A stretch of DNA of 64,000 bases from NCBI GenBank assembly GCA_963849325.1, contig CAWKHF010000007.1:512001-576000 (forward strand), read 5' to 3'. Made by a program: the position numbers and the translations under genes. Of this stretch, positions 56,552 to 64,000 are shown in pieces. The DNA comes from an uncultured Planctomycetota bacterium. Lineage in GTDB: Bacteria; Planctomycetota; Planctomycetia; Gemmatales; Gemmataceae. The notes under the pieces were generated by a model. It was given only the letters and a program-made list of their open reading frames with translations, was not told where the DNA came from and searched no databases. The stretch's first letter is position 1, and each line of letters starts with the position of its first letter.

Positions 56552-56974
56552 ATGGACGAAGAGGTCCGCAGGCGCGTCCGCAATCAGGCCGGGGATCGTT
56601 GTGGATACTGCCTGGCTCCGCAGCGTCTCGTGTTGGGGTGGTTGGAGATCGAGCACATTATCCCTCAAGCGCGAGGCGGCTCGGACGACGAGGAAAACTT
56701 GTGGCTAGCCTGCCGCCTGTGCAATAACTACAAGAGCGACCAGATCGAGGGACTCGATCCCCAGACGGGGCGACGGGTCCGTCTTTTCAATCTGCGCCGC
56801 CAGCGTTGGTCCGCTCATTTTTCCTGGAGCGCGGACGGCACGCGGCTCCTTGGCAAAACTCCATGCGGTCGTGCCACGATCCTCTGCCTGCAGCTCAATA
56901 ACGTCATCGCCGTGATGGTGCGCCGCGAGTGGGTGGCCGCTGGCTGGCATCCGCCCTTGATGCCGGCAACCTGA
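56552..56974 (+). CDS. HNH endonuclease
   Basis: CGYC, IEHIIP, NLWLACRLCNNYK. Confidence 0.92.
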   Translation: MDEEVRRRVRNQAGDRCGYCLAPQRLVLGWLEIEHIIPQARGGSDDEENLWLACRLCNNYKSDQIEGLDPQTGRRVRLFNLRRQRWSAHFSWSADGTRLLGKTPCGRATILCLQLNNVIAVMVRREWVAAGWHPPLMPAT

Positions 56975-57034
56975 CGAGTCGATCCGTCTCCTCGGCGGTC
57001 GTGAAGCCGAACCATTTCTGCTTGTCCCTACGAG

Positions 57035-58357
57035 TCAATCGCCGTCGGCCGCGAGATCCTTGCGCGACGTCTCGGCAAGGAAATGCACGCAAATCAACGA
57101 GACGACCCCGAGGCCCATGAGGTATGCCGCCAGCGGCCAGGACCGTCCCGAGAAGTGGTGCGCCAACGTGGCGGCGACGAGCGGCGCCGTACCGCCGGCG
57201 ACCGGCGCCGCCAGTTGATAGCCGAGCGAGGCGCCCGTGTAGCGCAGCCGCGTGCCGAACAGCTCGGGAATCAGCGACGCCTGCACGCTGTACAGCATGG
57301 CATGGCCAACCGCCAGCGAGACGATCACCGCCGTCAGGATCGCCGCCGGCTGGCGCGTGTTGAGCAAGTAGTAATAGGGTCCGGCGAAGCCGATGAGGAC
57401 GAGGCTGCCGACCAGGAACATCCCTTTGCGCGACCAGTAATCCGACAGGATGCCCCACAGCGGTATCGTGAAGAACTCGATGGCCGCCGCCACATTGATC
57501 GCCAGCAGGATCTGCCTTTCCTCGACGTGCAGGATGTCCTTGCCGTAAGCGAGGACGTAGGTGCTGAACAGATAAAAGCACGAGTTCTCGCTCAGACGCG
57601 AGCCGGCCGCCAGCAACACTTCCCGCCAGTGTCGCCTCAGCGTCTCGGCCACGGGGGCACGAGAGACTTGCTGGGTCTGTTGTAGCTGTTGAAATAGCGG
57701 CGTTTCCAGGATACGCATGCGGATGAGCAGACCGACGACAATGAGCAGACCGCTGAGAAAGAACGGCACGCGCCAGCCCCAGGCGAGAAAGTGCTCGGGA
57801 GCGAGCCGGTCCTGGAACAGGGCCACCACGCCGGCGGAGGTTAACAGTCCCAGCGGTACGCCGGCCTGCGGCCAGCTGGCGTAGAAGCCGCGCTTGCCGC
57901 GATGGCCGTACTCCAGGGCCAGCAGCACGGCGCCGCCCCATTCGCCGCCAACGCCGATGCCCTGCACGAAACGCAAGAACGTCAACAGGAACGGCGCGGC
58001 CACGCCGAGGCGATCCGCCGTCGGCAAGAAGCCGATGCTCATGGTGCTGACGCCCATCAGCAACAGCGTGGCCACCAACGTCGATTTCCTCCCAACACGA
58101 TCGCCCAGGTAGCCGAAGAGGGCGCCTCCCAGCGGACGGGCCACGAAACCCGTCGTGTAGGTGGCGAAGGACAGGATTTGTCCGACGAAGGGATCGACCG
58201 AGGGGAAGAACAAGCGTGGGAAAACCAGGGCGGCCATCACGCCGTAGAGAAAGAAATCGTACCACTCGATGGTGGTGCCGACCGTGCTGGCGATCACCGC
58301 CTCGATCACGGCCCGCCGTCCGCCGGGTACGTCCGCCGCGGAGATTGGTTCCTTCAT
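57035..58357 (-). CDS. MFS transporter, MHS (metabolite:H+ symporter) family
   Basis: GTTIEWYDF, RPLGG, GDRVGRK, GGEWGGA, ELFGTRLRYTG. Confidence 0.92.
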   Translation of the reverse strand: MKEPISAADVPGGRRAVIEAVIASTVGTTIEWYDFFLYGVMAALVFPRLFFPSVDPFVGQILSFATYTTGFVARPLGGALFGYLGDRVGRKSTLVATLLLMGVSTMSIGFLPTADRLGVAAPFLLTFLRFVQGIGVGGEWGGAVLLALEYGHRGKRGFYASWPQAGVPLGLLTSAGVVALFQDRLAPEHFLAWGWRVPFFLSGLLIVVGLLIRMRILETPLFQQLQQTQQVSRAPVAETLRRHWREVLLAAGSRLSENSCFYLFSTYVLAYGKDILHVEERQILLAINVAAAIEFFTIPLWGILSDYWSRKGMFLVGSLVLIGFAGPYYYLLNTRQPAAILTAVIVSLAVGHAMLYSVQASLIPELFGTRLRYTGASLGYQLAAPVAGGTAPLVAATLAHHFSGRSWPLAAYLMGLGVVSLICVHFLAETSRKDLAADGD

Positions 58358-59500
58358 GGACTTCCCTCGCCGTCCAATTCGCGGCGAATGCGTGCGCCGT
58401 CGGCGTTCAGTTCGGGGGCCGGCCGGCGCGTCGGCGGGTCCGCGAAGCCGCTGAGCTTGATGGGGTTGCCGGCCATGCGCAGCTCGCCGGCGCGGACGAC
58501 CATGTTGCGGGCCTGCGTTTGCGGATGAGCGACTGCCTCCGCGACGTTCTGGATCAAAGCTGCACGGCACGCCCGCCGCTTCGAGCACGTCGATCCAGTG
58601 CGCCGCCGGCGCCGTACACAGCACTTGCTCCAGGGCGATTTTCAGCTCCTCGGCGTGGTGCGTTCGTTGACGGTTATCGACAAAACGGGGATCGACGGCC
58701 AACTCGGGCCGGCCCAGCGCCTGGCACAGCCGGCCGAACAGGACGTCATTGCCGGCCGCGAGGACGAGGAGGCGATCGGCGGCGGCAAACGGCTCGAAGG
58801 GTGTGATGGAGGGGTGGCGATTGCCCATCGGTCCCGGCACTTGCCCCGTGGCGGCGTAGCGCATGATGGCGCTTTCGAGGATGGCGAGTTGGCCGTCGAA
58901 CAGGGCCACGTCCACCTGCCGGCCCAGGCCGGTCTTCTCGCGGTCGTACAGCGCGGCGGCGATGCCGGCCAGTAAAAACAATCCACCCGTGAGGTCGCCG
59001 ATGGAGGTGCCGGCCTTGGTGGGCGGATCGCCCGGCCGTCCCGTCACGCTCATCATGCCGCCCAGCGCCTGCGCGATGAGGTCGTAGGCCGGCTTGCGGC
59101 CCCACGGACCCGTTTGCCCGAAGCCCGACACGGCCGCGTAGATCAAGCGCGGATTGATGGCACGCAACGGCTCGTAACTGAAACCGAGGCGCTCCATTGT
59201 GCCGGGGCGGAAGTTCTCGACCAGCACGTCGGCGCGGCGCACCAGCTGGAGGAAGACGGCGCGATCGCCGTCGTTCTTGAGGTCCAGGGCGATGCTCTCC
59301 TTGCCGCGATTGAGGGAGGCGAAGTAGGCGGACTGGCCCTCGAAGAACGGCTCGAAGCGCCGCGAGTCGTCGCCGCCGTCCGGGGTCTCGACCTTGATGA
59401 CGCGGGCGCCCAGCTCCGCCAGCATCATCGTGCAAAAAGGGCCGGCCAGGACGCGCGACAGATCGAGGACCAGTACACCGGAGAAGGGACCGTCAGCCAT
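58354..59500 (-). CDS. CaiB/BaiF class III CoA-transferase (frameshift near 58555)
   Basis: DLSRVLAGP, NRGKES, ENFRPG, GDLTGG; C-terminus in ORF 58354-58557. Confidence 0.92.
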
Positions 59501-59634
59501 GCGCAGTGCTCGGCGAAAAACCGGGGGATGAATCGTCGGCCAGCATATCCGCGCAGCGCGGATTCGGCCAGCGGAGATCCATCCCGCGTCGCGGCTCGCT
59601 GGTGGCGCGAGCGAATGGTGCGTAGAATCTGGAC

Positions 59635-60993
59635 ATGAAAGCCATCGTTGTCGTCGCTCGGGGTTTGCAGCTTGGTGCGTTGGGCTGCTACGGCAATTCC
59701 TGGATCGACACGCCCGCCCTCGACGCCCTGGCCGCCGAGGGAGTCGTTTTCGATCAGCACTTCGCCGACCGCGCCGACCCGGCCGGCGCGCGTCGCGCCT
59801 GGCGCTCGGGGCGCTCTCTCTTGCCCTCCCCTACCCCCACTCGAGAGGAGAACGCCGGCCCGGATTTGCTCACCGCCCTCCGGGCGCAGGGTATTCACAC
59901 CTGTCTGATTGTCGATGACAGCCGGTCGTCACCGCCGGAGTTCGCGGCGGGATGGGATGAGGTCGAGCGCGCCGCGGCGGCCGAGGAGACGACGCCGCTG
60001 GAGGCGACCCTGGAGGCGGCGGGCGCGGCGTTGATGCGGCTGGAGCAACGCGACAACTGGCTGCTATGGATCGACCTGACGACGCCGCTGCCGCCCTGGG
60101 ACGTGCCCGAGGAGTTCCAGGCGCCCTACTTCGACGAGGCGCCCATCGAGGACGACGAGGCAGAGGGAGAAGAGGCGGAGGAGGACGAGCCGTTGACGCC
60201 ACTGGTCGAGCCGCCCAATGGGCCGATCGATCCCGAAGACGATGCCCTGTTTCTGAGTCTGCAAACCAGTTACGCGGCGGCCGTGACGTACCTCGACGCG
60301 GGGGTCGGCCAATTGCTCGAAGCGCTCGCCAACCTGGAGGGCGGCGACGACGTGCTCGTCGTACTGACGACGGACGTGGGGCAGAACCTCGGCGAGCACG
60401 GGGTGGTCGGGCCGGTTCGCGCGTGGCTGCACGATGAGGTCATCCACCTGCCGCTGCTGCTGCGCTGGCCCGGTGGTGCCGAGGCCGGCCGCCGCGTGAG
60501 CGCCCTGACGCAGGTCGTGGACCTGGCCCCGACGCTGGCTGAGTGGTTCGGGACGTCGCTACCCGGAGTGCATGGCCACAGTCTTCTGTCGCTGGCCCGA
60601 GGGCAGATCGAGACGATACGGTCCTACGCCTGTGCCGGCCTGCAGGTCGGCGCGGCAATCGAGTACGCCCTGCGTACATCCGACTGGGCCTTTCTCCTGC
60701 CGGTGCAAACCGGGGCCGAGGAGGCGAGCCGTTCGCTCCAGCTGTACGTCAAACCGGACGATCGCTGGGAGGTAAACAACGTCGTGCAGCATCACCTGGA
60801 TCTGACCGAGCAGCTCGAACGAACCTTGCGCGATTTTGTGACAGCGACGTGTCAGCCGGGGCCGCTGCAAGCGCCGCCGTTGCCGGAGGGGGCGACGGCC
60901 AAGGCATCAGCGCCGAAACATCGGCCGCTCCATCGGACAAGCCCGTATCCGAACCGTGAGGCGCGGAGGAGTGCAAAAGGGCGAGCAGGTTGA
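59635..60993 (+). CDS. Sulfatase-like (alkaline phosphatase superfamily) protein; 3' end uncertain
   Basis: LGCYGNSWIDTPALDALA, LGEHG, VDLAPTL. Confidence 0.75.
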   Translation: MKAIVVVARGLQLGALGCYGNSWIDTPALDALAAEGVVFDQHFADRADPAGARRAWRSGRSLLPSPTPTREENAGPDLLTALRAQGIHTCLIVDDSRSSPPEFAAGWDEVERAAAAEETTPLEATLEAAGAALMRLEQRDNWLLWIDLTTPLPPWDVPEEFQAPYFDEAPIEDDEAEGEEAEEDEPLTPLVEPPNGPIDPEDDALFLSLQTSYAAAVTYLDAGVGQLLEALANLEGGDDVLVVLTTDVGQNLGEHGVVGPVRAWLHDEVIHLPLLLRWPGGAEAGRRVSALTQVVDLAPTLAEWFGTSLPGVHGHSLLSLARGQIETIRSYACAGLQVGAAIEYALRTSDWAFLLPVQTGAEEASRSLQLYVKPDDRWEVNNVVQHHLDLTEQLERTLRDFVTATCQPGPLQAPPLPEGATAKASAPKHRPLHRTSPYPNREARRSAKGRAG

Positions 60994-61846
60994 TCTCGAT
61001 GGTCTTGCAGATCGCGTCCAGAGGCAGGTGATTGAGACGATTCGTGGCGAACGGCTGCTGCAATTCGATGCCGATTTGATCCAGCGACAGCACGGTGTAG
61101 GCGAGCAGGACCGTTACCAGCGGGGCCAGCCATTCTTCCTCGAACTTGTGCAGCAGGGCGAACGGCAGCGTCCCCAGGTAGAGCAGAATGAAGCGGCGTA
61201 TGGTAATCGAGTACGTGCTCGCCAGCGGCGTGTTGCGGATGCGTTCGCAAGCACCGAGATAGTCGATCAGCGCCGACCGTTCGCGTTCCGCTTGCAGGAA
61301 CGCGAAGCGGTCCATCCCGTGTCGCTCGCAGCCCTCGCGCAGCAATTCGTCAATCCGCAAAGCCACGAACGACGGTATGTGCTCGGCGGCCTGCACGCGC
61401 GCGGCTTCGTCCTCGCTCAGCAAAGCCGTCAGCTCCGGCACCCGGTTTTCGCCGCGCAGCCGAGCCTTGGCGGCGTAGGAGAACGCCGCCGTCCAGCGGA
61501 CCATTTGTTCGCGCCAGCGTCCATCCGCCGGCCCGTGGGCCAGGGCCGTCAGCGCCAGGTTCCGCGACTGATTGACGATGCCGCCCCACAACTTCCGCGC
61601 TTCCCACCAGCGGTCGTAACCCGCGTTGGTACGCATCACGAGCAGCAGACTCAGCAGCACTCCGCCGACCTCGTGCGGTCCGACTTCGATCGCCAGGTTG
61701 GCGTGCTCCAAGGTGTAGAGCAGGGAAACGAGCGTGGCGAAGGCGCCGAAGGCGACGGTCGTCGGCAGCACACGTCCGCTGGCGGCCCCGCGCCAGGAGA
61801 ACGCCTCCATCCAGAAACTTCGCGATTCCGGCAGCGATTCAGGCAT
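60749..61846 (-). CDS. Bestrophin-family (YneE-like) channel; 3' end uncertain
   Basis: RTNAGYDRWWEARKLWG, CERIRNTP, IELQQPF. Confidence 0.88.
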   Translation of the reverse strand: MPESLPESRSFWMEAFSWRGAASGRVLPTTVAFGAFATLVSLLYTLEHANLAIEVGPHEVGGVLLSLLLVMRTNAGYDRWWEARKLWGGIVNQSRNLALTALAHGPADGRWREQMVRWTAAFSYAAKARLRGENRVPELTALLSEDEAARVQAAEHIPSFVALRIDELLREGCERHGMDRFAFLQAERERSALIDYLGACERIRNTPLASTYSITIRRFILLYLGTLPFALLHKFEEEWLAPLVTVLLAYTVLSLDQIGIELQQPFATNRLNHLPLDAICKTIEINLLALLHSSAPHGSDTGLSDGAADVSALMPWPSPPPATAALAAAPADTSLSQNRARFVRAARSDPGDAARRCLPPSDRPV

Positions 61847-61900
61847 CAGCGGACCTCGTGACACATCGGCTTGGCGACATGCCTAATCATAGGCCACGAG

Positions 61901-61967
61901 GCGGCGAGCGGGAGCGTCAGCCCCCTGTTGACGGCGAAACAGGGGGCTGACGCCCCCCGCTCGCCGC
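61901..61967. repeat. REP-like palindrome
   Basis: GCGGCGAGCGGGAGCGTCAGCCCCCTGTT ... AACAGGGGGCTGACGCCCCCCGCTCGCCGC. Confidence 0.85.
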
Positions 61968-61981
61968 TTTCTGACAAGCTG

Positions 61982-62530
61982 TCACTTGATCGGCACTTCG
62001 TACACCAGGGCGCCGAGGAGGTCGCCTTCCTTGTAGCCGGGGTGGCAGTTGAGGCACTGGCTCATCACCACGGGGACGCGAGTGGCCGCGCGAAGGACCG
62101 GCTGGTCGTCCTTGTGGCCGACTTCCGAGTAGTAGTTGTCGCCGGCGTTCAACTTCTCGACCGCTCGTTTTTCAAAGGCGCTCTTGGCCACGTTGGCCTT
62201 GTTGATCGGCGTGCCGGTGGTATCGATCAAACGCACCGTGCCCCAACCGCTCTTCTGCATGTGCTCGAAGACCTTCTTGGCGACGTGGGCGGCCGGCGTC
62301 CGCTCGCGGGCCTTGACGTAGGTGGAGGTGATCGTCACCACGTAACCCTTGTGTACGTCGTCGAGCATCTTGACCGTGTCATGGGCGCGCTGGACGGCCT
62401 CCTTGTCCGGCACGGACGTGCCCGCGGCCCGACCGGCGTTCGGACGACCCACACCCTCCATCGCACCGACAGCGATCAGAGCAACCAGCAGAACACCGAG
62501 CAGGGAACGGAACAAACGAAAACTTCGCAT
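61982..62530 (-). CDS. DUF3365-like exported c-type heme protein
   Basis: Signal/anchor segment, VPVVMSQCLNCH (CxxCH), GALVY. Confidence 0.8.
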   Translation of the reverse strand: MRSFRLFRSLLGVLLVALIAVGAMEGVGRPNAGRAAGTSVPDKEAVQRAHDTVKMLDDVHKGYVVTITSTYVKARERTPAAHVAKKVFEHMQKSGWGTVRLIDTTGTPINKANVAKSAFEKRAVEKLNAGDNYYSEVGHKDDQPVLRAATRVPVVMSQCLNCHPGYKEGDLLGALVYEVPIK

Positions 62531-62606
62531 CACAACTCCTGCGGAAGGAAAAGAGAACCGATTCGGAGGGAGGGAGCAACCAAGCTCCCTTGCGTTGGCA
62601 GGCAAA

Positions 62607-62628
62607 TTCTGGATAATCATATCCAGAA
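62607..62628. promoter_or_regulatory. Putative Rrf2 operator
   Basis: Perfect palindrome TTCTGGATA-ATCA-TATCCAGAA between divergent genes. Confidence 0.6.
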
Positions 62629-62689
62629 GCATTAAGATAAAACATCCCGACGGGATGTCAAGATCCAGATATCCATTTTTGGGGCCTTC

Positions 62690-63142
62690 ATGTTTTCGCA
62701 AACGACGGAGTACGCTCTGCGAGCGGTTATTTACCTGGCCTCGCAGTCCGGCACGGCGCGGACGACGCAACAAATCGCCGAAAGCACCCGAGTGCCGACC
62801 GGCTATCTGTCCAAGGTGATGCAGGGTCTGGGTCGCGCGCGGCTGGTGCAGTCGCAGCGCGGCCTGCACGGTGGTTTCACCCTGGCCCGGCCGGCCGAGG
62901 AGCTAACCGTTCTCGACGTCATCCAGGCCGTCGATCCGATCCAGCGCATCCGCAGTTGTCCGCTGGGATTGAAAGGACACATCAATCTCTGCCCTCTCCA
63001 CCGCCGACTCGATCACGCCATGAAACTCGTGGAGGAGGCGCTGCGCAAATCCAGCATCGCCGAATTGCTCGCCGAGCCGGAGCGGACCCGCGGCATTCCG
63101 ATCCCTCTCTGTTCCTGGCCGGAGGACGAGTGCGTCGGCTGA
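62690..63142 (+). CDS. Rrf2-family transcriptional regulator
   Basis: MFSQTTEYALRA, YLSKV, SQRGLHGGFTL, CPLG...LCPLH. Confidence 0.92.
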   Translation: MFSQTTEYALRAVIYLASQSGTARTTQQIAESTRVPTGYLSKVMQGLGRARLVQSQRGLHGGFTLARPAEELTVLDVIQAVDPIQRIRSCPLGLKGHINLCPLHRRLDHAMKLVEEALRKSSIAELLAEPERTRGIPIPLCSWPEDECVG

Positions 63143-63261
63143 GATCGTCTCCCCCGTTGTCCAGGCTACCCTCTTGATCCACTCAGTCGGGCGTGCGATA
63201 GTTGGTTCGTCGGTCGATTCGTCCCTGGGAAAAATCCTTCACGACACGCCGAGGTCGGACG

Positions 63262-64000
63262 ATGCTTCCACTACCACATTATAGATGGTTTTTATCTTCT
63301 ATTTTCGTACTCATCGCCGCATCCATGCCGTCGGTCGCGGCCGGCGAGAAAGACTGGAAGGAAATGACCGACCTGCAATCGTGGCGCAAGCCCGACAAGC
63401 TGTGGATGCTGGCCGATCACGCCGGCATCGATCCGGACAACCCCCGGCTTCTGACGGCCACGCCCGGCAAGGACATCCTGGTCAACGGCCGCAAGGGGCG
63501 TGCGCACGACCTTCTCAGCAAGCAGGAGTTCGGCGACCTCGAGGTCCACGTCGAGTTCCTCATCTCGAAAGGATCCAACTCCGGCGTCAAGCTCCAGGGT
63601 TTGTACGAAATCCAGATCTACGATAGCTGGGGAGTGAAGGAACCCAAGGGCAGCGATTGCGGCGGCATCTATCCGGCGCGGACCTGAAGCCGAAATATCA
63701 CTATCTTGACAAGGGCGTCCCGCCGCGTCGCAATGCCTGCAAAAAGCCGGGCGAATGGCAGACACTGGACATCGTTTTCCAGGCGCCGCGCTTCGGCGCC
63801 GACGGCAAGAAGACCGCCAGCGCTCGCTTCGTCAAGGTGGTCCTCAACGGCCAGCTCATCCACGATGACGTCGAGGCGGCGACGCCGACCGGCCATGCCT
63901 GGAAGAACAAGGAAGTCGCCGCCGGCCCCCTGTTACTCCAGGGCGACCACGGACCCGTCGCCTTCCGCAACGTCCGCGTTCGCACGTACACTCCCCCTGT
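63262..64000 (+). CDS. DUF1080 protein (frameshift near 63680; runs off window)
   Basis: SNSGVKL, YEIQIYDS, CGGIYP, WQTLDI, LQGDHGPVAFRNV. Confidence 0.85.

Noticed and set aside
57035-59500. 821-aa CoA-transferase-MFS fusion
   Set aside because: An indel near 58555 joins the frames. The natural transferase C-terminus is in ORF 58354-58557 and overlaps the MFS start (ATGA).

Overview
GC-rich bacterial DNA whose gene content (DUF1559 prepilin-like proteins, DUF1501, DUF4058, DUF1080, Uma2, many intergenic palindromes) points to a planctomycete, probably Gemmataceae-like. Many conserved genes carry single-base frameshifts, most likely uncorrected long-read errors. Most of the window is housekeeping or metabolic: a nitrate-reductase-type molybdoenzyme, queE, an M16 protease pair, nuoI/A/B/C/D, thiolase plus a B12 acyl-CoA mutase and meaB, Lhr plus phosphoesterase, three tandem TolC-family genes, thrS, ligA, ndk, rho, thyX and hutH. 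The standout region is about 26200-31570. It reads as an integrase-less integron cassette remnant on the minus strand, with one 101-bp attC site split in three by two different IS110-family (IS1111-type) elements. Both elements have downstream non-coding regions with guide-like segments matching their own insertion sites (bridge/seekRNA-like). The second element has an unusually long (~690 nt) non-coding region that appears to hold two tandem homologous target-binding modules, plus a 95-bp duplication of its right end. All calls come from reading the sequence by eye; no searches or RNA folding were run.
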